DNA of 63,727 nt, the filler included, from Octopus bimaculoides (taxonomy: Eukaryota), in assembly GCF_001194135.2 (NCBI RefSeq). It is 6 parts of 6 records of this genome, joined end to end, with 100 filler letters (N's around TTAATTAATTAA, not from the genome) between each part and the next. Parts side by side here need not be neighbours in the genome. Positions count along the whole stretch, not along the records: positions 23,349 to 28,991 come from NC_068997.1; positions 29,092 to 55,850 come from NC_068985.1; 4 more parts are not named here. The stretch is one strand, 5' to 3'. The notes under the pieces were generated by a model. It searched no databases and was not told where the DNA came from. It saw nothing but the letters and a program-made list of their open reading frames with translations. Positions 23,349-36,208 of the stretch are shown piece by piece (position 1 is the stretch's first letter; every line of letters starts with the position of its first letter). A program made the position numbers and the translations under genes.

Positions 23349-24799
23349 ATATATATATATATATATATATATAGAAAGGTGAATTCTTACGTGCTCTCAG
23401 TCGTGATGGTTTAACCCTTAAATAATTAGAAATATAATATATTAATTATACAATAAAACGTTTACATACAAATAATTTGAAGGCAATTCTTCTGCAGCAT
23501 CCTGTCTGTGTTCTAGGTAGAAATGGCTGTCAAGAGCGAGATGTTACTAGTTTAAATATACCTTCTTGATGAAAGATGTTCATTATATGAACTTCCTATC
23601 GATTTATCAATATTAGCATGTAAGTGGAGTTTTTATATTTATGCATTGCACTTTATGAAAATAATCCTGATGAAATGATATCGACTTACAACTGGAAATT
23701 GTGTAAGAACAAGAAATGATATATTTACGCATGCATCCCCACGCAGACACTCACATATGTTTATACATACATACATGCATACATATGTATATATATATAA
23801 CCTATATATATACAAATGTAAGATTCATGGGCCAAACAATCTGTAGTAAACATAAAAAACACAACTTTCAGGGACAGTAGTGGTATATTGAGACGGAATG
23901 TTGTTGATTATTTTCGTATCGAAGTACGATAAGCTGAAAATGTTCGTTTTATATTTCACAGTAGGTGACCAGGGTTGCTGGGTGTGCGAATAAGAGTTAC
24001 GGAATGAAGCAGATAAGATCCGGGCTACATATGTTTCATAGCGAGCAGAACCTCAGAAGTGGTAAATATCCAGGCGAGTTGCATAGCACAGGCTAGTCTT
24101 CAAGCCAAGGATATCTTCATTAAATTAAAGGCTACATTGTTGCAAGAAGGGACATGTTGATGCATGGAATATTCAATCAGAATGTGTAGAGAGCACAGAA
24201 GGAGGGGAGAATATTAATGTAAAACAACGAAAAAAGCAAGAGGATTTTAAGCAAGGTCATATGATCGGTAACAATCAATAGATCTGGTTTGGCTGAATCT
24301 CAAAAATTAGCAATGGGTTGGTATTTTCTAAAAATGATGATTTGGAGGGAAGAGGCAGGGGAAATATTTTTGATCAAGGGTGAGAAAGAAAGTGTGTATG
24401 AAGAAAGCAAGATAGAGTGATTAATTTAAGCACGGTCATTTGACAGGTGACATTTAACCGTGGCATTTGACCGGTAACTTAATCACAAAATTTAGCAAAG
24501 AGAGTGGCATTATAAAAAAAATAATATGGAGGGGAAATGCTTTTGGTCAAGGTGGAGTCGTGGAGAAAAAATATACATGCATGAAGAAAGTAAGAAAATG
24601 AGGGGGAAGAATGGTGGCGGCTGTTTTCAATAGAGGAATGTATATAGTGTGTGTTGAGCGTGTTTACAGTATTAAAATGGTGAAGTGCATAATGGCGTGT
24701 GTACTTGTAATTTTACGCGAAAGAGGGAAACTTTATGAAGGTTAGGGGAGAAAAAGCGGGGTGGGGTAATTATTATTATTATTATTTGTATTTTGAGAA

Positions 24800-25190
24800 T
24801 AGATTTAGTGACCAATGTTTGCAGGTAGATATTATACTACTGCGTTTATTAAGACAGTTCGTGGATTGCAAAGTAGCCAAGACCTAGGCTGTGCAGAGAT
24901 CAAACTTGTTATTATAGCTGATGTATGGCTTGGCGTGGGTGATTATGGATCCCTTGAGAGTGTAAAGAGTTGAATCAAACCTTGTTTTAGTTTATTGATA
25001 AGCTGAGGTAACGACATGCTGCTGGATTTTGTTTGGGACTTGAAGCTGGAGCAGTGGTTGCTCACTCTAGCTTTGAAGGTGGTGCTACATGAGTCGATAT
25101 AAATGAAGTTACAGCTGGCAGATGATACTGAACACTTATAAACTATGTTTCTTGTGATACAGCGGTTTGTAGGGGGGTATTCTGAACGAG
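24800..25190 (-). mobile_element. Penelope-like element GIY-YIG remnant (second PLE family)
   Basis: Minus strand reads RCITRNIVYKCSVSS..FIYIDSCSTTFKARVSNHCSSFK, then after a frameshift HAKPY..DLC..LNKRSSIISTCKH. Confidence 0.8.
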
Positions 25191-25200
25191 AGAAAAGGAA

Positions 25201-25548
25201 ACTATGATGGTCTTTTGGAAGACATATGTCCTCAGCTTCTTGGACTACTGCTCCAAACTATGGTCACTACACACTATAAAATTAATAACAGCGGAACTCG
25301 AAGCAATCAAACAAATCTACACAAAGAAAATCGTCTCAATGCAACGTATCAACTATTAGAAAACTCTGAAAGAGTTAAGACTCTTTTCCCTTCAACGAAG
25401 GCGGGAAAGATATGCTGTGATATACATCTGGAAAATTCTGGAAGGCCTCGTACTGTGGCATTGAAAGTTACACAAATAGCAGAACGGGGCACCACTGCAG
25501 AGTGCCACAGATCCCACCGTTACCATCAAAATAGGGATCAGATGCAGG
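25201..25548 (+). mobile_element. CR1-group LINE, RT C-terminal fragment
   Basis: WKTYVLSFLDYCSKLWS..ELEAIKQIYTKKI..LKELRLFSLQRRRERYAVIYIWKILEGLV. Confidence 0.8.
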
Positions 25549-26746
25549 NNNNNNNNNNNNNNNNNNNNNNNNNNNNNNNNNNNNNNNNNNNNNNNNNNNN
25601 NNNNNNNNNNNNNNNNNNNNNNNNNNNNNNNNNNNNNNNNNNNNNNNNNNNNNNNNNNNNNNNNNNNNNNNNNNNNNNNNNNNNNNNNNNNNNNNNNNNN
25701 NNNNNNNNNNNNNNNNNNNNNNNNNNNNNNNNNNNNNNNNNNNNNNNNNNNNNNNNNNNNNNNNNNNNNNNNNCTCTTTCATTCATCAAATGCCACGTAT
25801 CAGGCAGGTTTCAAATGATGAAGGCATAGCAGAGTCAACGGTGGTTCCCCAGCATGGATGCAATTTTAGAGCTGAAGCGAGTTAAAGAGTTAAAGAGCTA
25901 TGTATAACTCACCAAAAATCAGAACTTATGGAGTTGCTGTGTGTATGAACGAATTTCTATTGAATTTCGTTTTGCCTGTTATTTATTTCGTATTTCATTT
26001 GACCTCTACTGACGTTATATGCAAAATAAGTTGCTGAAATGCAAAGTTTCGTCCAAAGAGTAAACAAAAATTTTAAATTTAAATTTGGCTTTGTAAACCT
26101 TGATCAAATTAGTTTAGAATTACCTGCTTAAATAGCTTTTGAGAGACCAGAGCTGAAACTCAAAAAGCTTTTCGGTGCTTCGTTACGGTGGAATGGACAT
26201 ACAATAGTTCTTGTAAACTGTTTACCACATTCTTCAGAAAAGGTTTCGATGTTACCTTCACCATTTTTTTTAGTTTAAATTGCAAATCCTTTCACTTTCA
26301 AAAGAAATCAACCAAACGCAAATGTTTTATTTGATATATTATTTAGATGATGGATAAAAAGCGTTAAAGATTCGGTTTAACTGCATGTAGTATTTAGTTT
26401 AGGCCCGTTACGCTTTGAGATCAAATGCTGTCCAGGTTAATGCTACGTTTCATGTTTTGAAGGTCGATTAAATAATACCGAAGTTCTCCAGAGTTACTTG
26501 GGTAAATTTACTAATCTTATAAACCTTCAAATGTGTGAATGAATTTATAAGAGAAGACTAATTTGAAAGGAAAAACGTTAGTAATAAATATAAATTAACA
26601 AAAGAAATATCTGAATTAAATTGATTTTATTAGTAAAGAAACACACTTTTTATTTTATATGATTATTATTAGCAAACATGATCCGTTGAAGTCTTGTTCA
26701 CAATTCATTGAGAAGTAAATCATTTTCAGGTGAATTCCATTAAAGT

Positions 26747-26934
26747 TCAGTTCAGTTTCTTTAGTAAGCACTTAGTGTTAGTATATGAAAAGGCGATACA
26801 TGTAGAAGATATACATAAACGTGAACAATCCAGAACCGAGTGAGCATCCATTTGGGCCTCGGTTACAAGGTTGTGATATGGATTTTGTTTGAAGGAAAAA
26901 GTTGAATAAGCTGTCTGGCCGTTAATTTCTTTTT
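26747..26934 (-). CDS. Probable terminal exon encoding a PAN/apple-like domain
   Basis: Strong acceptor TTTTTTCTCTGTTGCAG| (AG at 26936-26935). Frame EKEINGQTAYSTFSFKQNPYHNLVTEAQMDAHSVLDCSRLCISSTCIAFSYTNTKCLLKKLN* has the PAN-type pattern S..dC...C....C.AF.Y....C.L. Confidence 0.65.
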
Positions 26935-28574
26935 CTGCAACAGAGAAAAAATATGAAAGAAAAAACACAAGAAATATAGCAACATAAATGAAATGATTTC
27001 TCTTCATTGACAAGGTACAAGGAAAACGAATAGATGTGGTCTATTGATTCGATAGATCGATGTTATTGATGTTCCGTTTGAGCATCTTTAGGTTAGTGTG
27101 AGTAGGGAGTGAGTTCCTGAGTGCTGCCTAATCTAGAAAGGAAGGATTGGGAATAATAATTGATGAGGGATCTGGCTGTTGAAATAGCATGTATGAGGGG
27201 AGAGGGAGAAGGGGTAAGTGGCTGGTTATCTTTGAGGTAGAGAGGTTCTCGTATTACCAGCGAGATTTATTGGGGGTATTTCTGAGCAAGTTAGTAATGA
27301 AGCGTGTTGAGATTTTTAATGACAGCGAGGATTAATATTAACCCATCTTCCAGATTTTAAATGTATTTGTGGATTGTTTTACATCCTTTTTACATGACTA
27401 TTAATTTACTGTTAATATATTCGATTAAGAATTAAGTCTCTAAGTAGAATTACTCATGTGAAGTGGAAGAAAGACATATTTATTAATTTCTTAATTCTTT
27501 TTTTTTTGTGTGGCAAGAACTAGAGGTCAATGAATTAAAGATGAAGAACAAGAAACAGAAACAAAGAACACAAAAAAATAAACAATAAAAAACGGTCTTA
27601 CTGTTAACGAAATAATACGAGTCGAAAATTCTGATACCACATCGCACGGAGTTAATCTTCTCCAGTGTATTTGACAGTTTGAAATCGTTCCAAAGTTCTG
27701 AAATAGAATAAAATAGTTTCTTATTCTTCTGATGAGCTTAATATCTTTCGTGATTTATTTAATATTGATCAAAAAATCCTCATCTCTTTAATACAATCGA
27801 CTTCCCTATTTATATAAGATGATTTTACATGAGAAATCATTACTTCTTTAATATATGTTGAGTTTTATTTACTATCAGTTATTTCTAGTATTCACACGAG
27901 GCCTCAGTTATGAAGGGAGGGGACAGACGTTTATAAAGATTCCAGCTACTTTCNNNNNNNNNNAACTGCAACGCATTGGAAGTAAACACAAAATTTAGTT
28001 AGATTTGATGGATAATCTATTACCATGGTAGTTGTTAATAGTGAACCATAACTGCGTGCAAGGAGGAGGGTAAATGATGCAAAGCTCGCGAGAAGGTGCC
28101 ATAGTTAACTGTTAGGAAGTTGCAGAGGAAAGAAAATATTTTTCTCTTGGAATCTCGTATTTATTGCAGTGCTGAAGTCAAGTTAGATCATTGACAATAA
28201 ACCGGAATGGGTTAACATGATTAAACTCTGTCTCGTCTAAAATGGTGGCGAATTAATTAAAACGAATGAATTCTAAACACAAAATGCGAGAACAATAAAA
28301 ACAAGCGTGAAGATCGAGGTTTCGGTTCTTGATAAGGCGCCCAGTGTATATGTCTTATAAATACAATTAGTCCGCATTGGAGTAGGAAAAAATTATTTTT
28401 CTTCTGGAACAGCTCGGAGAATCGTGTAGAATAGATCGGAATTAATTTTAATATGCTGTCTGCAATGTTAAAGTGGCGAACTGGCCAAATCGTTAGCACG
28501 CGGACAAAATGCTCTTCGTATTGTCTATTTACCTTTGTGAAGAGGTACGTCAATCCTTTTAAAATATCCAAATT

Positions 28575-28991
28575 AATAATAATGATAATAATAATAATAA
28601 TGAAATAAGAGAACTAGACGAAAGCCAACCATATAAGTATTTAGGAGTCAATGAACTAGATAGGATACAACATACACAAATGAAAGAAAAAATAAAGAAA
28701 GAGTACTATAGACGAGTTAGATCAATACTAAAAACAGAGCTCAATGCTAAAAACAAGATAATGGGTATCAACACTTTAGCTGTCCCAGTTATAAGCTACA
28801 GCTACAACATCCTTAACTGGACACTAAACGAACTATGTAAAATAGACAGGAAAACAAGAAAAATAATGACAGGCTATAGGATGCACCACCCAAAATCTGA
28901 CATAGAAAGGCTATATATACAACGCACAGAAGGTGGCAGGGGTCTTATACAGCTAGAAAACTATTATAAAATAACCACCATAGGACTGCAA
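28575..28991 (+). mobile_element. 5'-truncated R4/Dong LINE RT fragment following an (AAT)n tract, open frame
   Basis: EIRELDESQPYKYLGVNE..YYRRVRSILKTELNAKNK..INTLAVPVISYS..KIDRKTRK..HHPKSDIERLYIQRTEGGRGLIQLE; homologous to 1850-2110. Confidence 0.9.
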
Positions 28992-29091
28992 NNNNNNNNN
29001 NNNNNNNNNNNNNNNNNNNNNNNNNNNNNNNNNNNTTAATTAATTAANNNNNNNNNNNNNNNNNNNNNNNNNNNNNNNNNNNNNNNNNNNN
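28992..29091. other. Artificial scaffold-join spacer
   Basis: 44 N + TTAATTAATTAA (29036-29047) + 44 N. Confidence 0.95.
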
Positions 29092-29129
<38 letters not shown>

Positions 29130-30808
29130 ACACACACACACACTCACTCACACACACAAACTCACACACACACACATATCACACAAACATATATACCTAT
29201 ATAAATTCATTTATATGTGTGGGTGTATTTATTAGGATGTGGTTGTGTACGTATGCGTGTGCTTGTAGTTCAAAATATTTTTTTAAAACACGACGTTTTC
29301 GTTTTTTATCAAATTTCCTAAAATGAAAATGTATAATAAACCCTGCTCTTTTTGCACGTTCTTCATACACCAAGAATTAATCAAAAATTGTACGAGGAAA
29401 AAAGAAGAAAAAGACAAAAGAGATATTTAAATATGTAAATAAGTTAAAATTTTATCGCTTAAGCAATAAAAGACGGACATATATAATTTAAAATGACGAC
29501 TTGAAATGAATAAGAATTTGGAAGACATTCTCTCGAAAAGCCTACTAAATAAGGTCGCAAAATTCTCTTTACACCTACACCAACGAGAACAATAAGAGAA
29601 GTTTAAACAGAGAAGGCTTCTCACGTTAAAGGTAAGTGTTTTTTGAAAGAAATATCTCTAATTATCAATGACAGCTTATATCTAAGTAGAAATAAACAAT
29701 CGAGTGCTCCCTCTCATTCCACTCACTCGCAGATGTTTAGAGTATTTCAACGGCTCGGGAAATTCTTTCTGTTGATGTAGAATTTATTGCTATGATTTCT
29801 TACTTAATGCATTTTCACAGTCTATCCAAATACTTTTGACGAGAAAATTCAATCAAAAGTTGATTTCCAGTTTCTAGTTTCAAGTTACTTCCTCTGCTAG
29901 AATAATTTTCTCCTTACTAAGATGGCTTGCAGTCGCGTTAAGCATGCATATATGTATATATAGAGTTGTATGTATTTACATAACTGTGTTTCTACGTACA
30001 TATGTCTGTATATGTATGTAGTTTGAATGCATGTTAATATACATATATGTGGGTAGGCATGTATAATACATGCTTACACACATACATACATACATACATA
30101 TATACACGCACACAGAACCATATGTGTATATATATATACAAACACACATATATACACTTAAACGCATGCATACGCACACACATATATATATATAGGTATA
30201 TATATGCATACACACACAAAGACACACACACACATCTGCATATATATATACACATGTGTATATATTTTTGTGTGTGTGTGTGTTTGTGTGTCTGTCTATA
30301 TGTATTTATTTACGTATGTATGTGTGTTTGCAGTCAAGCACCAGCGTATGAACAGAAGACAGTCAGCAGAAAACCGTGTACAAGATAATTACAAATGACA
30401 TCTCGCCATTTTGCACATCGTAAAGAGCCAAACCGAAAATGAACTGCGATGCGAAAGAGGCTTCGAGGAGTAATCTATGGTGGTGCTATTTAATTGCCAT
30501 AGCTACTGATCACCAGAACAAATTGACTAAATCAACAAGTAATGTACTTTTCAGTGCTGCCATACAGTGAACCGGTATTGTATTAATGGCTTTCTTGTAA
30601 GGCATGCAGTTTTCTGAAATGACGTTTCCATAGATCGCAGCCTAAACATGCCCTCATACGTGCCCCCCCCCCACAAACACGCACACACACACACACATGC
30701 ACAGAAGAACACGCAAACACACACGCGTACGTGCGCACTTACGCACCCGCGGATATAATCGTTAATGTACAGATATACTGAATAATAGTAGCACACAAAC
30801 ACACACAC

Positions 30809-30856
<48 letters not shown>

Positions 30857-31058
30857 GAGTGTGTGTGTGTGAATGTGTGCGTGCATGTGTGTGTATATAT
30901 ATATATATGCATGCATATAAATATACGTGTATGTATATATATATAACTGTTAATACGTGTTGTGCATGTATGTTTGTACATATATATGGGTGTGTGTATA
31001 TATGCATATATAAANNNNNNNNNNTATATATATATATATATATATATATCTATATATC

Positions 31059-31093
<35 letters not shown>

Positions 31094-31566
31094 ATGTATA
31101 TATATATAACTGTTAATACGTGTTGTGCATGTATGTTTGTACATATATATGGGTGTGTGTATATATGCATATATAAATGCACCTATATATAGTATATGTG
31201 TATATTTTCCCAAATATACTATATGCGCTACATATACATTCACACAAATACATCTATTTATATATATAAATATATAGTCACATATACAGATATATACATA
31301 CGTATATACATAGATGTAGATATATGTACGTAATATATACATGCATATATGTATATACACGACCCTATTTACACACATACAGATCTGTAATTGTCATACA
31401 CGTATATAGACTCAAGCGTACATATGTACATATTCACTCATTGTTGCACACACACATTATCATATATTCTTATACACAAATAAATAGTCAATCACATTTA
31501 CCATGAATATAAAAGTTCCCTTCTGCATTCTAAATGTTTTCTTGTTTTGCTATTTTCTTAAATGCA

Positions 31567-31780
31567 GGGCGGAGAGCTGGCAGAATTGTTAGCACGTTGA
31601 ACAAAACGCTTAGCGGCATTTCATCCGTCGCTACGTTATGAGTTCAAATTCCGTCGAGGTTGTCTTCACCGTTCATCCTTTCGGAGTCGATAAATTAAGT
31701 ACCAGTGAAACACTGAGGTCGAGGTAATCGACTATCCCCCGCCCTGAAATTTCAGGCCTTGTGCCTATAATAGAAAGGAT
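31567..31780 (+). mobile_element. tRNA-derived SINE (family B)
   Basis: GGCGGAGAGCTGGCAGAATTGTTAGCACG..GAGTTCAAATTCCGTCGAGG..GTCGATAAATTAAGTACCAG; many copies in the window. Confidence 0.85.
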
Positions 31781-31861
31781 ATTTTTTAAAATATGCTTTT
31801 ACGTGTCTATGTGTGTATGTATGTATGTATGTATGTATGTATGTATGTATGTATGTGTGCG

Positions 31862-31895
<34 letters not shown>

Positions 31896-31901
31896 TGTAT
31901 G

Positions 31902-31950
<49 letters not shown>

Positions 31951-32319
31951 ATCTATATATCTATCTGCGTACCCGTGCCATTGCTAGATAGCTGCTGAGC
32001 CTGCACTAGGTCCATCCGAGCTTTCAACAGGTCTTGTTTTTAATCCTGCTGGGTTTCTAGCAATCCTCCTCACCAGGGTAGCTTGGTGGGGATGCCAGTT
32101 TAGTCGCCGGCAACCCGACCATGCAACAGGTTGTACTGGATTACATGTTACCAGTAGCACTTATGAGAGCCTCATACGTGACCTGACATAGCAAGGCAAA
32201 CAAAAGTTGCTGTATACCGTGCATGTATACTGACATCGCTCCTCTACTCATGTGAGACATGAACTCTGTACAAACGTCAGGTAAGGGTCCTTGAACGCTT
32301 TCATCAGAGATGTTTCAGG

Positions 32320-32862
32320 CACATTCTCAATGTTGGCTGGACCTCAACAATTCCAGACACACAGATCCTGAGGACAGCTGATATCTTGAGTATTGAGGCG
32401 ATGGACACCTTATTAGAATGAAGGATAGCAGGATTCCTAAGCAGATGCTATATGGAGAACTTGTGAATAGAAGGAGACTCCGGCAGAAACCAAGGCTGCG
32501 CATTAAGGACTCTGTCAAATCCTCATTAAAGGCCTGTGATATGCAGGACACTGACTGGGAGAACAATGCCTGTCATCGCCACGGATGGAGGAAGCAGGGT
32601 AAGGAGGGGATCGGCACTTTTGAGAGAGCACGTATCCAGCATGAAGAACTTAAGCGAGCTGCGCGAAAGCGCACGGCTCGTATAGTGAATGGGAAAGCTT
32701 GGTCTGCAATGTTTGCAGTCGTGTATATTTGTCAAGAGCAGGGCTCATTAACCACCAATGGAGCCGCAAATGCAAAATATAAGTTAGTCCTAGAGCGCAC
32801 AATGTTCCTGATGGTCGGCAATGGTCTTCCTCGGTCACGAGTTGATGGCCATCATCATCTAT
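32320..32862 (+). mobile_element. RTE-BovB-like LINE 3' portion (RT C-terminus plus C2H2-like tail)
   Basis: GHLIRMKDSRIPKQMLYGELVN..PRLRIKDSVKSSLKACDM..WENNACHRHGWRK..FERARIQHEELKR, then CNVCSRVYLSRAGLINHQ and a short (CAT)n tail. Confidence 0.85.
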
Positions 32863-33677
32863 TTGTCTATCATGTAAGTGTGAGTGTGTGTGTGTGTGTG
32901 TGTTTATGTGTGTTTGTGTATATATACATTTATATTTAAACACATACACATACAAATACACACATGCATATATAAATACATACATATATAATAATTTCAT
33001 GTGTACCTATCACTATGGGTCCATTAGTTTATATGCCAACAAATTTGCACAAAAACCTTGAAATATTCGGAAAAAAGATATACGGATTCTCCAAACCCAG
33101 TCTATTAATGGCACAGTGAATATTTGTAAGACATTCCAAAAATTCTCCATTTGAGATTCTTATATGAATAGATACACACACCTGGGAACATGCATGAACA
33201 GTTCAACCAACACACCAACTCAACCATATATTTACAAACACTGGGAACTATTATGACTCAAAAAGTATTGTCATTCTGTTGGCAACCACCTTGAACTCTC
33301 TCAAGAGGAGCTTAAATTAAACTCAAAGAAATGTCATACATACATTCATATACATGTAGCTGGTTAGCGGATGTGAATGTACCATCCAAAGTCCAAGTAA
33401 AAGAAGTCTTTACGGTGAGTTAATACGGAGAACTCACAGTTCTTGTACCCTGACTATAAATTGTCCTTTGTACCTACTATCATAGGTGCATAGCCGGCAT
33501 TCGAGACACAAAGTGATGTGTAATCTAAAACTACGAAACGGCATTGAAACTGCAGTTATCTCAGGTAATAATCCTGTCGGCTTTACCACGTGTACAACAT
33601 AATGGAAGAATTGCTGTCACCGTCTAAGTGAAATATCCTGTGATCTGAACCGACCATTGGAAGTCAACATATTGGTT

Positions 33678-33888
33678 TCAAATTTTGGCACAAGACCAGC
33701 AACTTTGGGGGAGGATGAAAATCAATTACGTCAACCTCAGTACTCAACTGGTGTTCATTTCATCAACCCCGAGATGATGAAAAGTTAAGTCGACATCAGT
33801 GGAATTTGAACTCAGAACGTAAAGACGGACGAAATGCATCTAACGATTTTGCCTGGCGTACTTACGATTGTGCTAGCTCACCACCTTA
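33678..33888 (-). mobile_element. SINE family B
   Basis: Reverse complement of the 31567 consensus (GGAATTTGAACTCAGAACGTA..GCTAGCTCACCACC). Confidence 0.8.
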
Positions 33889-36039
33889 CGCATATACATA
33901 ATATTGAAATGCGTATAAGAGACCTAGTGTAATTAAAGTAAGCGTAAAATATAATTACCAGCCGTAATTCGTTCCTAAATGCAACAACTTCTTATAACGG
34001 AGAATGAGACTGTTCGTTGACTAATGGCTCAATGATGGTTAATTAGGAAAATAATTATAACGACATATCTTATTTGACGACATGTCATGATATGAAGTTT
34101 GAAACAGAGCGAGAAAATAAACACGTATAAAGAAAGGTAATGACATCAATCACATAGAGAATGTGGACACAGTAATGAGCTTCTTACCAAAACGGTATTC
34201 TCCCGGGTCAGAAACAGTAATGACTCACAAAGCAAATCCTCCCATAGATCAACGATAGAGATAAAATGATGAAGAAACATACAAAAACAAAATTTCTCTA
34301 AAGAGAATCCAGTTCACTGTTAGGGCAGCGGAGTGGGGAATAAATATATTATCAGAAAAGTCATAGGATTGTCTTTCACGTTGTTGTTCTTGATTAACCC
34401 CAGGTGAGCACTAATCACATAAATCTATGATTGTTATTGTTGTTGCTGTTGCTGTTGTTACTTTCATTATTGTTGTATGTGGATACTATTGTTGCTGTTT
34501 AACCCTAGGTCAGCTACAATCAAATAGTGTAGTTGTTTTTGTTCAACTGCAAAACAGCCACGAGCTGATGGACCCTATGACTGATGTTGTTCCTGTTGCT
34601 GCTGTCCTTGTTTAACTCAAGGTCAGTCCGATCGCGTAGATCTATTGTTACTATTGTTATTTTTGCTTTTGTTGCTGTTTCTGTGGTGGTGATTGTGGAT
34701 GCTGTTTTTGTTAAACCCCAGGTCAATTCCGATCAGGTAGACCTGTGGTTATTCTGCTATTATGTTTTGTTGTTAAGGCGCCGAGATGGCTGAGCTGTTA
34801 CATTGATTTAACCTTCAATTGACGCCACCCCGCTGGCTAGCTGAGCAGACCAACAATCCCCCCTGATCGAAGGGGGACTGGAGCAATGTGAAATGATGTG
34901 TGAAATGACGTATTTTGCCCAATCAGGGAATCGAACTAACGATCTAGCAACAGCCTAACCAGTAAGCCACACGCCTTCACATAATATAATATAATACAAT
35001 ATAATATAATATAATATAATATAATATAATATAATATAATATAATATATGTGTGTGTGCTATATACTTTGTCCGTTCTAGGTGCGTGGGGATGAACACTT
35101 TGTAGAAAAATCAGTGGAGCGTGGAACCAATTAGATTGTGAAACACTGAACTAATCGAATATACACTTTTCTTAAAAACATAGGACTATGTACCAAAGTT
35201 TGAAACCAATCTTTGTGATACTTATCAATAAGGAATGATAGGTTTGTTGACAGACAATCTAGATACCTGTAAGCCTGGAACTTTGAAAGCAGAGAGAAGT
35301 AACGCAAATCCTATAAAATATAAAGTATAATGGATATCTAACAGCATGTTTTTTTTTTACTCAGTATCCATAACCGTTCAACCAGTGATCGTCTTTAACA
35401 GTGGCCGTCAACTAATTTTTTGCCTTTGAACCCCTTTGATGATTGTCTTACTTTACTGGAACCATCATGTTTTTATAATTAAATATTATCAGGAATTATA
35501 TAAAAAAAATTTCGAAAATATTTCGTGTATTGTAGAAGTATAACCAACTTATTGCTCCTAAACTTTAACAACAATATCTTATATGGACCTCTAAGGGTCT
35601 ATATGGTCAATTAATCTGATAGATTAATCACAGCCAAATCACACTGTTTGATATTAAAAGGCTAAGGAGATATGGATGTTATCCTATAGCCTTATCTGAA
35701 TAAAACATTACAGGATAGTCACGCGTCGAGCGCTTTTGATCAATTTTCTTCAGAATTGTACCCGACCTCGAATACACAGCAACAACAAACAGTTGATTAA
35801 CATTCGAGCCAATGATGGAGTCACTTCCGATTCACACGAAGTGCTAGAAGCAGTAGCCAAATCTCTTTAGAATAGTTTGCTATCTTTCATCATTAAATAT
35901 AACACACATAAGACAGTGTTGTTCAAGGGACACTATGCCCGAAAAGAAGTCAGATATCTTCGTCATGGATAGCAAGCGTGTAGTTCGTAATTCCACTACA
36001 TTAGAAGTGGTAAAATGAGAAAGTTCGATTTTCCAGGTT

Positions 36040-36208
36040 CCCCATCCGTCGCAGGATTACTCATGTTTGCCAGTTGAGTATACTGGAGCAACGTGAAATG
36101 AAGTGTTTTGCTCAAGAACACAACGCATCGCGCGGTCCAGGAATCGAAACTACAATCCTACGAGGATGAGTCCGATCACCCTGACCACTCAGCAACGCGC
36201 CTCCACAT
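36040..36208 (-). mobile_element. tRNA-derived SINE (family C-like)
   Basis: Minus strand GGAGGCGCGTTGCTGAGTGGTCAGGGTG..GTTTCGATTCCTGGACC..TTGTGTTCTTGAGCAAAACACTTCATTTCACG. Confidence 0.75.

Noticed and set aside
25215-25548. ORF MEDICPQLL.. as a host gene
   Set aside because: The alternate frame is clearly CR1-type RT (LDYCSKLWS, SLQRRRERY).
28257-28571. 104-aa minus-strand ORF MDILKGLTYL..
   Set aside because: No recognisable motif or splice support; consistent with chance ORF length in AT-rich DNA.
29600-30400. Perfect donor AAG|GTAAGT at 29631/29632 and acceptor TTTGCAG| at 30333
   Set aside because: The spliced product has no meaningful ORF (upstream in-frame stop; 16-aa ATG ORF); no support without RNA data.
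30927-31177. About 85-bp exact duplication (30927-31014 and 31090-31177) flanking a 10-N gap
   Set aside because: Typical unmerged contig overlap; likely an assembly artefact.
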